Translations under genes and position numbers: made by a program
NCBI GenBank assembly: GCA_951406725.2
Contig: OX597836.1
Location: forward strand, 32,178,001 to 32,242,000
Reading direction: 5' to 3'
Length of the DNA: 64,000 nucleotides
From: Octopus vulgaris
Taxonomy: Eukaryota
In this document: one piece after another, positions 13,876-28,136 of the stretch
Layout of the letters: each line of letters starts with the position of its first letter
Position numbering within the stretch: position 1 is the first letter of the stretch
The notes under the pieces: generated by a model
Database searches by the model: none
What the model saw: only the letters and a program-made list of their open reading frames with translations
What the model was told of the DNA's origin: nothing

Positions 13876-14349
13876 TGTTTTCAATTTGATTTGGTAAACC
13901 CTATAGATACAACACCTGAACTAATCACGTGGATGGGGAGGAGAAGAGGGGTGGGGTTGAATGGAACAGGTAGAACAGAGAGGAACAGAGTTAATGAATG
14001 TCTGCTGACTGCACCACAAATCTCCATAAACCTCTGCTAACTCGCATCACCCACACACAACCAACAAAGAACGCCCCCCCCCCCTCCAAGTGGTCGCTCA
14101 ACCGGGTAGAAAAAAAAAACAACACCCAAATTTTCTACCGAGTCACATGCAAAGAATACATTAGGATAACGCAGTCCAAGTCCAAAACATATAAAAGAGA
14201 GGGGGTGGTCATGACTGGAAAGTCTTTTAATCATAGATTGTGCACTTAACTGCAACCAACCGACTTACTACTGCACCCCACCCACCCCCATCACATTGTC
14301 AGTTCTTCCCGCTTTTTTGAGGCTCAGCTATCTGAAGGTTTCTAAGGGA

Positions 14350-14990
14350 CAGCAGTAGTAGTAGTAGCAGTAGTAGTAATAGTAGTAGTAGTTGTTGTTG
14401 TGGCGGTGGTGTTGGTTGTGGTGTTGCTGCTGGTACTGGTTGTTGTAGTAGTAGTAGTAGTTGTGGTGGTTGTAGTGGCAGTCATGGTGGTGGTGGTGGT
14501 GGTAGTGTTGTTGTTGGTGGTGATGCTGGTAGTAAAAGTTGTTGTGGTGTTGGTGGTGGTGCTGGTACTGGCAGTGGTGGTGATAGGAGTAGTAGTAGTA
14601 GTAGTAGTAGTAGTTGTTGTTGTTGTTGTTGTTGTGGTGGTGGTGGTGGTGGTGGTAGTGGTGCTGATGCTGGTAGTAGTAGTAGTAGTAGTAGTTGTCA
14701 TTGTCATTGTTGTTGTTGTTGTGGTGGTGATGGTGGTGGTGGTGGTTGTGGTTGTGGTGGCGGTGGTGGTTGTGGTGGTGGTGATGGTGGTCGTAGAATT
14801 GACAGTGGTGGTGGTTGTGTTTGCAGTTGTTGTGGTTGTGGTGGTGGTGGTGGTGGTGGTTGTGGTGGTTGTGGTGGTAGTAGTGGTGGTGGTGATGGTG
14901 CTGCTGGTAGTAGTAGTAGTAATTGTCATTGTCATCGGTGTTGTTGTTGTTGTTGTGGTGCTGGTGGTGGTGGTGGTGGTGGTGGTGATG

Positions 14991-15029
<39 letters not shown>

Positions 15030-15060
15030 CTGTTTTGTTGTTGTTATTGTTGTAGTGGTG
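14350..15060. repeat. Degenerate (GTN)n trinucleotide tract
   Basis: GTA/GTG/GTT runs; source of the spurious poly-V and poly-T ORFs. Confidence 0.95.
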
Positions 15061-15289
15061 ATGCCTCACTAGTAAATTCTAAGCCTGAGAAAGATCAGCT
15101 GACCTCACCACAACTGGGTGATGCTTACTGGTGTGCACACTTGTTTTCTATGTGCAAAACTCGTGCCTCACATATTTACGATAATCTAGTGACATAGATG
15201 CAGAGGAGGGGGGGACACACTTCTTTCTTCTTCCTTTCTTTCTTTTCAATCATTCATTCATTTATAGAACGTTATGCTATAATGCTACA

Positions 15290-15361
<72 letters not shown>

Positions 15362-15446
15362 TATATACACACACATACACACACACACATATATATGTAA
15401 GCATGTATATCTGCATGCATGCATGTTTATGCTTCTGTCAAAATAT

Positions 15447-15812
<366 letters not shown>

Positions 15813-16508
15813 GTATGCATGAGAGGTTTGGCAGGATCATTTTTTCCTTTTTTGATATAACATCTTCCCGTTTGTCTCGGACTTTTGTCAACTTTTACCT
15901 GAGGCTTTGATTTTAACACTTCTTCCTATGTCATCTTTAGCCTTCCTTTATTGCTGGTAAAAATATATACATGCATTCATACATACATACATACATACAC
16001 CCATAGATACACATATTATATATAAATATAGTTAAGTATAAATATAGATGTGTGTGTGTGTGTGTATGTGTGTGTGTGTGTGCGTGTGTGTGTGTGTGTA
16101 TGAGTGGCTGTGTGGTAAGTAACTTGCTCCTAAACCACATGGTTCCGGGTTCAGTTCTTTCAAAAGGATTATATTTCATTTTATTTTGAATTAATTAGGC
16201 TTGGAAATAACTTGTAGAGTTTTTATTGGATATTTGTGCCAACTTGGAATAAAGTAACATCTACACTTCCAATTATCCATTTCTTATTATAGTATGTATG
16301 TATGCATGTATAGAAGTGCATACACATGAATATACATATAATTATATATGTTGACACAAGACCTACCTAGACTTGTGTCTCTAAGCAAGAGACTAGTATT
16401 AGCTTATATCTTTATACTGTGTACTTTGAATGATATTTATCTCTCACTGGAGATATACATATATACATATATATATATGTATATGTATATGCATGTGTAT
16501 GTGTGTGT

Positions 16509-16553
<45 letters not shown>

Positions 16554-16793
16554 CACATATATGTGTGTATAGAGATATAAATATAGATGTAGATATATAA
16601 TCGCTATCATTGTAAACATTGAAAACACTGGAGAATTAAATATAATAGAAAATTGGTTGATCCATTTCATTTATCACATGAGAATATGTAAAATGCTAAA
16701 ATGTGAAACTCAATGGCAATTAATGCTTCAGCTAAATGTGTGTATATATACATACATTCATATACATATATATGTATATGTCTGTGTGTTTAT

Positions 16794-16829
<36 letters not shown>

Positions 16830-16897
16830 GTATATATATATATATATGGATAAATGAAAGAATGGAGTCGAACGACGATTTAACAAAATTCCTTTAT

Positions 16898-16978
16898 TCT
16901 CGACACATGTTTCGAAGACTGCATATTCTTAATTCCGAAGGAATAAAAGGTGCATTATGCCGTCTTCTCATCAGGAAA
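16898..16978 (-). ncRNA. Mirror copy of the minimal hammerhead ribozyme motif
   Basis: Reverse complement of 17126-17206 in the left palindrome arm. Confidence 0.62.
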
Positions 16979-17125
16979 GTCAAGGAACTTATGTCAGCAT
17001 CATGATGAACAAAAAGTTTTAGATGACTGCCCACACGGAGTCCATAGTAATAATTACTATGGACTCCGTGTAGGCAGTCATCTAAACGTTTTTGTTCGTC
17101 ATGATGCTGACATAAGTTCCTTGTC

Positions 17126-17206
17126 TTTCCTGATGAGAAGACGGCATAATGCACCCTTTATTCCTTCGGAATTAAGAATATGCAGTCTTCGAAACATGTG
17201 TCGAGA
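17126..17206 (+). ncRNA. Minimal type I hammerhead ribozyme motif
   Basis: tttc-CTGATGA(17130-17136)-gaagac...gtcttc (stem II)-GAAAC-atgt-GTC(17200-17202)-gaga. Catalytic core intact, stem I 4 bp, palindromic ACATGT at stem III. Confidence 0.65.
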
Positions 17207-17292
17207 ATAGAGGAATTTTGTTAAATCGTCGTTCGACTCCATTCTTTCATTTATCTATAGTAAAAAAACACACAAATTTCCACACGAAAGCA

Positions 17293-17367
17293 CGTGATTT
17301 CTGCCCTTGGCATGTAGCTTCAACCGTGATTTCTGCCCTTGGCATGTAGCTTCAACCGTGCTTTCTG
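17293..17367 (+). repeat. 32-bp tandem duplication, about 2.3 copies
   Basis: cgtgatttctgcccttggcatgtagcttcaac occurs twice exactly. Confidence 0.9.
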
Positions 17368-17439
17368 ACGTAAATTTGCTACCCGGGTATCGGTTAACCA
17401 AATTATCCATACTAGGATAATTCATTCAACTACTTAAAC

Positions 17440-17533
<94 letters not shown>

Positions 17534-17670
17534 ATCTGGAGAGAGTCATTCTCTTTTGGTGCCGTATAATTTAACACACACCCTGGTAAAATTTCCACTT
17601 GTTTCTTTTTTATTTTTTATTTTATTTTTCTAAAATTTTCGTTGCATCTTGCAACCTTTTCGATAGTTTT

Positions 17671-17724
<54 letters not shown>

Positions 17725-17823
17725 AAGTGCACAGGAAACAAAAGACAGAGGCAAAGGTGAAGGTACAGCAAACAGGTGTATTAGTTTGGCACTTGGAAAA
17801 AGTGGAAAAGTCTTTCATGTTTT

Positions 17824-17856
<33 letters not shown>

Positions 17857-17942
17857 TGAGAGAGGGAAAGAATATATGTTTATGTTTACCCACCATTGCC
17901 AGCATGGAAGATGGATATTAAACAATCATCATCATGATGATG

Positions 17943-17969
<27 letters not shown>

Positions 17970-17973
<4 letters not shown>

Positions 17974-18299
17974 GAGCGCAATGGCCCAGCGGTTAGGGCA
18001 GCCAACTTGCAGTCATAGGATCACAGTTTCAATTACCAGACCGGCCGTTGTGAGTGTTTATTGATCATAAAGACCTAAAGCTCCAAGAGGCTTTGGCAGG
18101 GGGTGGTGGTGAACCCTGCTGTACTCTTTCACCTCAACTTTCTCTCACTCTTTCCTCTTGTTTCCGTTGTGCCTGTATTTTAAAGGGCCAGCCTTGTCAC
18201 ACTCTGTGTCATGCTGAATCTCTTTGAGAACTATGTTAAGGGTACACATGTCTGTGGAATGCTCAGCCACTTGCACATTAATTTCATGAGCAGGCTGTT
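17970..18299 (+). mobile_element. tRNA-derived SINE family F
   Basis: A-box tggcccagcgg. The 3' region is shared with 8120-8240, and the head matches 21345-21412 (-). Confidence 0.75.
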
Positions 18300-18319
18300 A
18301 TATATATATATATATTTAT

Positions 18320-18575
18320 ATTCTTTTATTCTCTTACTTGTTTCAGTTGTTAGACTGGTTTCCCTTAAACAAATTGACCCGAGGACTTATTTTTTATGCC
18401 TAGTATTTATTTTATCATTCCCTTTGAACTGAACTGATAAATTACAGGGATGTAAACATACCAACACTGGTTGTCAAGCAGTAATGGAAGGACAAACACA
18501 GATACAAAGACATGCGAACATAGATACACACACACACACATATATGTGTGTGTATATATATATATATATATATGC

Positions 18576-18625
<50 letters not shown>

Positions 18626-19195
18626 GCATATATATATATTCACAATTTTGTTTAGTTGATGTATGTTTGTCACATATTTCAACTGCTAAAGGCAAATGCA
18701 CTGCAGTTACCATAGAGAAATATCTCTTCCATTGTAAAAAGGTGTGAAAACACCCAGTTCATTCAGTGTTGCCCACTCTCGGGAGTCTCAGACGTTTATT
18801 GACTCTTGTTGATATGATGTACTTAACAGAGTCAACTCTGAATGAACTGCATAAAGTTTATAGCTTTATATATAATTCATCCAACACATTGACTAATTTG
18901 TGCTATTAGATTACCTGATTAAGAAAAATATCGGAGTAATGGCACTAATCAGTATTTACATATAATCCAAATTTAGGTTAGTTGAAATGTGTTTGTCACA
19001 TATTTCAACTGCTAAAGGCAAATACACTGCAGTTTCCATCTTTTTCAGTTTCCATCTACCAAATCTACTCATGAGGCTTGGAACAGAAAGGCTATAGCAG
19101 AAGACACTTGCCCAAAGTGCCACGTAGTGGGACTGAGCCCAGAACCATGTGGTTGGGAAGCAAGCTTCTTACCACAAAACCACACCTACACCTAT
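18320..19195 (-). mobile_element. SINE family B split by a ~400-bp insert with 60-bp direct repeats
   Basis: 3' part at 18320-18530, head part at 19040-19195. Insert repeats at 18652-18712 and 18978-19039. Confidence 0.7.
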
Positions 19196-19233
19196 GTGTA
19201 TGTGTGTTTATATGTACATCTGAGTTTGTATGG

Positions 19234-19258
<25 letters not shown>

Positions 19259-19265
<7 letters not shown>

Positions 19266-19948
19266 AAGAAGGAAAATGCACATAGTTTACATACTTTTAA
19301 TATATTTTAAATGAAAAAGTATTGTGTTTGTCAACCGGTTCCACTTTTGCTAATCATGACATTGAAATTGCATGAGTTTGTATACTAATCATTGTATGAG
19401 TTTGTATACTAATCATTGAAATTCTAACTTGGTCTGATTTTCACAATTTATTATCAGTTTTTACAATTTTTACAATATTGAAATAAAAGAGTACTTTCAT
19501 GGATTATGCAATCATCAGGTTTATGCAGTGACAGTCGTGTTCTGTTAGTCATACGTGTTTAGAAACTGAGAGAATTTGAACTTATTTCGTTTTGGGACTG
19601 AGGAATATCAAAGCGGGGTATGAATAATGGTGTGTATATATTGAATGGAGATACCCTTTATTTTACTATCCCCAGAAAAAATATTTTATGTAACTTGCGG
19701 TTTCCAAATTTTTGTGATGTCAATGACTAATGGTTCCTGCTTGTAAGAATAAAATTCCTAAAATGGATACAGAAACTTAAGAAATTGCTTTGGTCCAATG
19801 GTAGAAAATCTGTCATGTTTACAGAAAATGTAGGTATGAGTCCCAAGGGCAACCTTTGTCTTTTTTGATCCAAAGGTTTTAGCTAAATTATGACAGGGAC
19901 AGGTGAGAAAACAACAAACAGGGTGTGTTAGTTTGATGCTCAGGGTAT

Positions 19949-20013
<65 letters not shown>

Positions 20014-20468
20014 CAAGCAGTTAAATATATGTCTGGTCATAAAGTGACCAATGGTTTTGCCTCCATGAAGCACTCGGCCTTAAAGATGACTCACCAGACT
20101 CAATGGCAGCTCCAGTTTGAAGAAGGATATGCATCCACCACTGCATCTGACGAGCTGTCTATATAGCCTAGCACATTATGGATATAAAACTATTGGTCAT
20201 TCTATGACTGGACATATATTTAACTGCTTGTAAATACATTACTGCTCTGTTCTTTAGAGTGTGCTTCCTTTTTGAACACATGACCTACTGATTCATTCAC
20301 AAACTTTCATACAAGACCATGGACTATAAACTTCTTAAGAAAAAAACAAAATTACAATAATTTCAATGTCATGGTTAGCAAAAGTGGAACCGGTTGACAA
20401 CCACAATACGTTTTCATTTAAAATATATTAAAAGTATGTAAACTGAATGCATTTTCCTTCTTTCATTA
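19259..20468. mobile_element. Element with ~110-bp terminal inverted repeats in (TA)n
   Basis: 19259-19369 is the diverged reverse complement of 20359-20468; both ends abut TA repeats. Confidence 0.7.
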
Positions 20469-20490
20469 TATATACATATATATATATATA

Positions 20491-20528
<38 letters not shown>

Positions 20529-20989
20529 AAAGGAGAAAGAGAGAAGAATACATAATGTGTGTAGAAAGGCCAGCACATTCAAACATTCCAGCATATCATT
20601 TCAAGTGAAGTAATGCAAATGAAAAGCAAACAAGCTTTGGAATGTCTACAGAATGATTTCTCTGTAGTGATCAATAAACTGACAAAGGAGGAGCCATTGT
20701 AATAATGGACAAGATCCATTATAGGGTTAGCTTCAAATTGACCAATATTTCAATCAAAAAAATTTGAAAAGCAATTCAGATAAACAAGCAATGAACATAA
20801 GTGGTAAATTAACAAACACTTTTTTACACATTTTTCTGTATTTTGGCTTTAGCCATGTTTTTCCTTGTGTATGTGAGTATATAGACGTGTTTATGAACGT
20901 TTTTTCTTTTTTTTTGTGCAGGTGTGTGTATGTGTGTGTGCATGCGTAAATAGACATGTGCAGGCATGTGCATGTATAGACGTATATAA

Positions 20990-21343
20990 GTGCAGGAGTG
21001 GCTGTGTGGTAAGTAGCTTGCTTACCAATCACATGGCTCTGGGTTCAGTCCCACTGTGTTGTACTTTGGGCAAGTGTCTTCTGCTATAGCCTCAGGCTGA
21101 CCAAAGCCTTGTGAGCGGCTTTGGTAGACAGAAACTGAAAGAAGCCCGTTGTATATATATATGTCTGTGTGTGTGTGTGTGTTTGTCCCCCTACCACCGC
21201 TTGACAACCGATGTGGGTGTTCACATCCCCGTAACTTAGTGGTCTGGCAAAAGAGACCGATAGAATAAGTACTAGGCTTACAAAGAATAAATCTTGGGGT
21301 TGATTTGTTCAACTAAATGCGGTGCTCCAGCATGGCTGCAGTC
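20990..21343 (+). mobile_element. SINE family B
   Basis: Homologous to 34535-34950. Confidence 0.9.
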
Positions 21344-21429
21344 TGGGAATCAAAACTGCAATCCTCCGACTGTGAGTCTGCTGCCCTAACCACTGGGCCA
21401 GTGTGCCTCCACTAAATGCACACTTTTTT

Positions 21430-21668
21430 CAAAGCCTAGCCAGGCTCATGGGCCTAGTTTCTCAGTTTCAATGGTGTATGTGTTCCCCAGCTGGACGGGA
21501 CACCAGTCCATCACAGCTTTACTCATTTTTACCAGCTGAGTGGACTGGAGCAACATGAAATGAAGTGTTTTGCTAAAGAAAACAACGAATCACCCGGTCC
21601 AGGAATCAAAACCACAATCTTACGATCATGATGCTGACACCCTAACCACTAAGCCAATCCACCTCCAC
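21430..21668 (-). mobile_element. CORE-type tRNA SINE with a different tail
   Basis: Minus strand shows the A-box tggcttagtggttaggg and a CORE-like cttcatttcatgttgctccagtccactcagctg. Confidence 0.7.
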
Positions 21669-22004
21669 ATGAGGTGGTTATGCGGGGAGCTTAAACCAGA
21701 ATTCCAACAAATTGTTTTTGTTATACACCTGATCATTTAATGTCATCAGGGCTAATTAAATTAACGCTTCTACTTCTGCTGCTGTTGGTCAGAATGCTGA
21801 TATGTTGTGTTATGATTACTATTCGTGCAGTAGGTGAGAAATGGTACATTTCTGGTGATAAAATATTCCTTGTTGTATGTATCTTACTTCCTCGTCTTTC
21901 TCTCTTTACATATACATATATGCGTACACACGTAAATGTATGTACATATACACACATAGATATGTATATGCAAATGAATGCACAGTCACGCACATTCATA
22001 GATC

Positions 22005-22193
<189 letters not shown>

Positions 22194-22200
22194 AAATATA

Positions 22201-22624
22201 GGCGCAGGACGGCTGTGTGGCAAGTAGCTTGCTTACCAGCCACATGGTTCTGGGTTCAGTCCCACTGCGTGACACCTTGGGCAAGTATCTTCTACTATAG
22301 CCTCGGGCCCACCAAAGCCTTGTGGGTGGATTTGGTAGATGGAAACTGAAAGAATCCCATCATATATATATGTATATGTATATATATATGTGTGTGTATA
22401 TATATATGTATATGTGCGTCTGTTTGTGTGTCTGTGTTTGTCCCCCAACATCGCTTGACAACTGATGCTGGCATGTTTACATCCCCGTAACTTAGCGGTT
22501 CGGCAAGAGACCAATCGAATAACTACTAGGCTTACAAAGAATAAGTCCTGGGGGTCGATTTGTTTGACTAAAGATGGTGCTCCAGCATGGCCACAGTCAA
22601 ATAACTGAAACAAGTAAAAGAGTA
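22201..22624 (+). mobile_element. SINE family B, preceded by a ~170-bp (TA)n
   Basis: Homologous to 34535-34950. Confidence 0.9.
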
Positions 22625-24275
22625 TATATATATATATATATATGTGCGTATGTGTGTGTGTATATGTGAGCATATAAATATATGCATACATATATGCACA
22701 CACGCAAACATGAATGCAAATGCATGTGCATATAAGGATACACAACATAGAAGAACAGAAAGAAATAAGTGGAGCTGGAGCACACACACAGATGGAAAAT
22801 GTCGCTGAAGAGTTCACAGATGTGTGACAAAAGATTTCCGGACAATGGACATGAGTTAGAATAAGAACAATAACAAACGAGTGAAGAACAAATATATATA
22901 TAGTGCATGTGTTTATTTGGCAAAAAAAAAAAATATTACCATCCCAAATACAACAATATACACTGGGTTTGAACCTGGAGGTATGTGGTTGGGTAGCAAA
23001 CTCCTTACCATACAGCCACTTATCTCTCTATATATGTATGTGCCTCCAGCATGGATACACTGAAATAGCACCAGCATGGATGCGTTAAAGTGGCACCAGC
23101 ACCTGAGGGATACACAGAATCAATGCTGACCAATGACAGTAGTACCAGTGACCTTGGCAGAAAAGAGAAGAATCAAAAGTGAGAGAACGAGGAAGTGGCA
23201 GACACAAGGAAACAACTTTTAGTTGGAGCTGGTGGCTGGTGCCAACTTTGTTCCCTCTCTTCCTTTTGTCCTCGTTGTCCCTCTGATCTATCTTACTACA
23301 CTGTTCCCGCCACTTCAGGCAGGCAGGTGGCAGTTATCATTGAATATAAAACAACAGTGCTGCGCAATGATGATGGTCAATAGAAAAAAAAACAAAAGAA
23401 CTGGTAATTCTTTGATTATGATGATGAAGGTTCCAGTTGATCTAATTAATTAAGCAGCCTGCTCATGAAATTAACATGCCAATGGCTGAGCAATCCACAG
23501 ACACACGTACCCTTAATGTGGTTCTCAGGTAGAGATTCAGTGTGACAGAATGTGACAAGGCTGGCTCTTTGAAATGCAGATACAACACATTTTTGCCAGC
23601 CGAGTAGACGAGACAAATGTGACACAATGTGACACAATGTGCTGCAGGAAATTAAACTCATGATCTTACGACCATGACCCAGAACTATGAAGTCAAATGT
23701 CTCAACACACCATGATAAATGAAGACAGATGTACTACAAAATATCTTCTTCGGGTTTTAGCTTTTATTGTTTATTTAAGACAGACAGGCATAAACATCTT
23801 GTCATTATATACAATATCTTGACAGAAAGAAAAGGAGGTTTTAACTGGACAAGCTTTCAACTTTTGTTGGAATTTCATCATTAATTGTAAATTATTAATC
23901 AAGCTTCCTGTGAAGAATGCATTATATATGAGAAATGGTCAATTAGATTTACTTAAATCGAAGGGAAATAGTGGGTTTCTGAGACTGTGTCCCTGTGGAC
24001 AATTAAAGATGGTTGGTTCTTAATCATTCATGAAATTCTAATACAGGAGTGGAATTAGTTTGGGTTGTTACCTTTTCTTCTGTTCACAAAGATACTGTAT
24101 CAGGAAGATTAGACAAGATGTTTACATCTCTCTCCCTCTCTCTCTCTCTCTCTTTCTCTCTCCAAATCTCCCCCTCGCTTCAAATTTCTAAGACGACTCT
24201 CACACATACACACACACTGTGAGTGCAACACCCTAACCACTAAACTATATGTATATATATATATATATATATATA

Positions 24276-25345
24276 CTAGCTGGGTACCCGGTAATTCCTT
24301 GGGGTAAAGATGTTTTATTGAAACGCCTTATTACTAATGAAAGCAATTTCATTATAACTGCCACAAAAGGTGTATTTTCCATCATCGAAAAGTACAAAAA
24401 ACTATCAGCTGGAGGAGGGAGAGATTGTTAGAGGTTGACAAGACAGGTTTTCAGAGGTTAGCAAGAAAGATTGTCAGAGGTTGGCGAGAGGCAAACACAT
24501 TATTCTACTTAGCGAAGGCATCTGGGAATTGTATAACTGCTATCATTCACAGAAATACTATTGTTTTACCGTGAGAAAAGCGCTGTTGAAGTGTAAAAAG
24601 TAATTTGGCAATCAAGAATCGAATCCATGCTATGCCTGCATGAAGCCACTACAAATACATTGTGGAATAACAAATTTATCTACTGTCATGGATAAAGTGT
24701 ATGTATAAAAATGCAGAATTATTGGAGTAATGGGCATTCAAAAAAGTATGTATGTATAGAAATGTATGAATGAAGTCTTTAATGTTTAAGATTCAAATTA
24801 AGGAAGTGCTATAATAATATTTAGCTGTCCAAAACTGTGAGTAGTGAAATGGAGAATTAGATCGGCTGCTTGTGAGAATCAAATATTGATCACTTAACTA
24901 AAATCTGCAGGTGGTATGGGTTATTTCCCTTGGGCTCTTTAAATAAAATATTAGTAATATGTAGTAGATAGAAGGATCCATTGGAAGGGCCCCATTATCA
25001 ATTTTTTCAAAAATCTATGTCATGAGGTTTCCAGACATGAGTTATAATAATGTGTCAAATAAAGTATAAAAGTGATATTGTCTGCAAAAATTAGAAATAG
25101 GACACACAAAAAAATCAATATTCAAAGTAATTGAACATAAACAATGAAATGTATTATTTCCCTTGAGTGTTTTAAAAAAATATTGTACTGGTGCTATAGG
25201 CTATTTCCCTTGGGTGTTTAAAAAAATTAGTTATATGAGGTAGATATAAAGGTCCCTTCCAGGGGCCGTATTATTGATTTTTTCAACAATCTAAGTATGT
25301 CATGAGGTTTCCAGACATGAGTTCTAATCACATGTCAAGTTTCAA
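24276..25345 (-). mobile_element. Probable non-autonomous Helitron
   Basis: Minus strand ends in a GC-rich imperfect hairpin then CTAG|T (24275-24279). Internal ~140-bp duplicated blocks at 24922-25060 and 25202-25343. The 5' end is obscured by a SINE. Confidence 0.5.
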
Positions 25346-25530
25346 CAAACAAGGACAGGCAAAGGGATTAAGTTGATTACAACGACCCTAGTGCGTAACA
25401 GGTACTTAATTTATCGACCCTGAAAGGATGAACGGTAAAGTTGACCTCAGCAGAATTTGAACTCAGAACATAAAGACAGACTAAATACTGCTAAGCATTT
25501 CACTCACTGTGCTAACGTTTCTGCCAGCTC

Positions 25531-25535
<5 letters not shown>
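25346..25535 (-). mobile_element. SINE family A
   Basis: Reverse complement of the 43624-43856 type. Confidence 0.85.
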
Positions 25536-25614
<79 letters not shown>

Positions 25615-25744
25615 TATATATATATATCACCGTGATCACCGTGACCGACCAGGCCATCAGATGTTGTTACACATCGCTGGTCACAATGCGCTTCGCATTG
25701 TTTTAGCCTTCAAATGACGCCACCCCGCTGGCTAAGCAAGCAGG

Positions 25745-25789
<45 letters not shown>

Positions 25790-26303
25790 TTATATGTATA
25801 TATATATGTATATATACATATCTGTGTGTGTGTGTGTACGTATGTTAAAAGAATCCAGGCAGATCTCAATGTAAAATAATTCACTTTTAAACAAATTTAG
25901 TTAACTATATCCTACAATCAGACATCAATAAATGCAAGGGGAATACACAGCCAAGGTAATTCCTTGTGTGTGATAAGTAGATCCAAATATCATTTAAAAG
26001 AATTTGAGAAATTCAGTGTATTAGACAAGAAAAATATAGAAAGATGACAATGACTTCAAAGTTTTAGCCTATGAGCCATTATCAAACTGTTTAAGGAAGT
26101 AGATAGTCTGGCAAAGAGTACATATTTAATAATAAACATGTACTCTACGAAAAAGTATTGAGATTCTATATATAACTTCACATTAAAACAAACATTAATA
26201 TTATACATACATGCGTGTATATATGTGAATTATACATGTGCTCTTGGCTGTGTTGTTGCTTTCCTTTTATTCAATAACATCCATTATATATCTATGATAG
26301 TGT

Positions 26304-26353
<50 letters not shown>

Positions 26354-26358
26354 TTGTG

Positions 26359-26403
<45 letters not shown>

Positions 26404-26759
26404 CCTTACCATTCCTCTCTTTTCTACTTCTTTTTCTTTGTCTTTCTAACTTCAATCTATTACTTCCTCCTTAGCTTCTACCATTAATTTTGTTTCCATC
26501 TTTTTTGCTACAATTCCTACATTTTTTTCCTTCTACTAATTTTTCTTTTTACTCCCAATGGAATCTATCTACCTGACTACCTGTTGACCTACCTACCTAC
26601 CTGCCTGTCTGCTTCCTTACCTACCTCCATCCATTCCAATTTACTTCCTACTTTAGTATCACTGCTTGATTCATCATTTCTTACTATCAAATGAGTATTA
26701 CTCAATCTGATCTATACTATACTCCTGTTTAAGCATTTCTATTGATTGTCTCTCTCTTT

Positions 26760-26901
26760 AACTATCTATCTGTTTGTCTGTCTGTCTGTCTATCATCTAT
26801 CTATCTAACTACATACCTACCAACTTATCTCAATATCTACATATCCATCTGTATACCTACCTATCTACCTTCTACCTAACTATCCTGCCTACCTACTTAT
26901 C

Positions 26902-26943
<42 letters not shown>

Positions 26944-27425
26944 ACTTTCTCTGTCTCTATATATCTTTCTATCTATCTGTCTATCTCTCTGTCTATCTAT
27001 CTATCTGCATCTCTACCTGTCTATGACTGCCTGCTTGCCTGCATGTCTGTCTTTCTATATACTATCTATCTGTCTATCTATCTATTTAACTATCTATCTA
27101 TCTATCTATCTAACTATCTATCTATCTATCTATCTATCTACCTATCTATCTATCTATTTAGCTTATATCTCTCTCTCTCCCTATCTCACTCTCTCTCTAT
27201 CTATCTATGTGTATCCATCTATCTATCTATCTGTCCATTTATCTATCTATCTATCTATTTAACTATCTATCTATCTATCTATCTATCTATTTATTCAGCT
27301 TATATCTCTCTCTTCCTATCTCATTCTCTCTCTCTCTATCTATCTATTTATTTATCTGTGTATCCATCTATCCATCTATCTGTCTGTCCATTTATCTATC
27401 CATCTATCTATCTGTCTGTCTGCCC

Positions 27426-27523
<98 letters not shown>

Positions 27524-27590
27524 TTAGCTTATATCCCTATCTCTCTCTCTCTCTCACTCTCTAACTATCTATCTATCTATCTACCTAGCT
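26760..27590. repeat. (TATC)n/(TC)n compound microsatellite
   Basis: Seen directly. Confidence 0.9.
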
Positions 27591-28136
27591 ACCAATCAGC
27601 TTTTAAGTCATAATGTACTCTCCCGCCCTTCTTCCTTCTGCCTCCCTCACTCACTCTCCTTAGTCTTCCTTATCTAGTTTTACCCACATATCCAATCTCT
27701 ATCTCTCTCTCACTCACTCTCTTATGCCCCTCCCCCTCTCTCTCATTCTAGCTAGTTTTACCTTTCTCACTAATTACCAGCCTGTGTTTTTTTTCTCTTG
27801 CTTCTCTCTCTCTCTCTCTCTCTCTCTCTTGACATTGATAAACATTTGTATTTGTAAACAACAAAGTAAAAAAAAAAAAGCAGTCGATACATTAAATAGA
27901 TTGTGTATATTTTTTGTTGGCGGCGTGCATAATCTCAATATCTTATTTGTATATGTACACACACATATTTGCATAGAAACTTATATATACAAACATATTT
28001 GCAAAGAGGATGCCATATGTATGTATAAACACAAGACCATTCATAAGGTAGAAGAAAATTTCGCACCTGCTGAATCAACAATTTAGCTTCAATTCATGAA
28101 TTTGCTTGCTTTAAAAAATTGGCTCTATAAGTTTAA

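Larger units (their letters stand above)
16845..17259. repeat. 415-bp near-perfect palindrome, probably inverted termini of a Penelope-like element
   Basis: Centre at 17052. The 207-bp arms pair without indels and with about 7 mismatches by eye. (TA)n lies on the left and again at 17440. Confidence 0.9.

Noticed and set aside
14095-14142. Hairpin ggtagaaaa/ttttctacc as a pre-miRNA
   Set aside because: The stem is too short and dominated by A runs.
16894-17210. Two near-identical 86-aa ORFs on opposite strands
   Set aside because: A consequence of the palindrome; no recognisable protein family.
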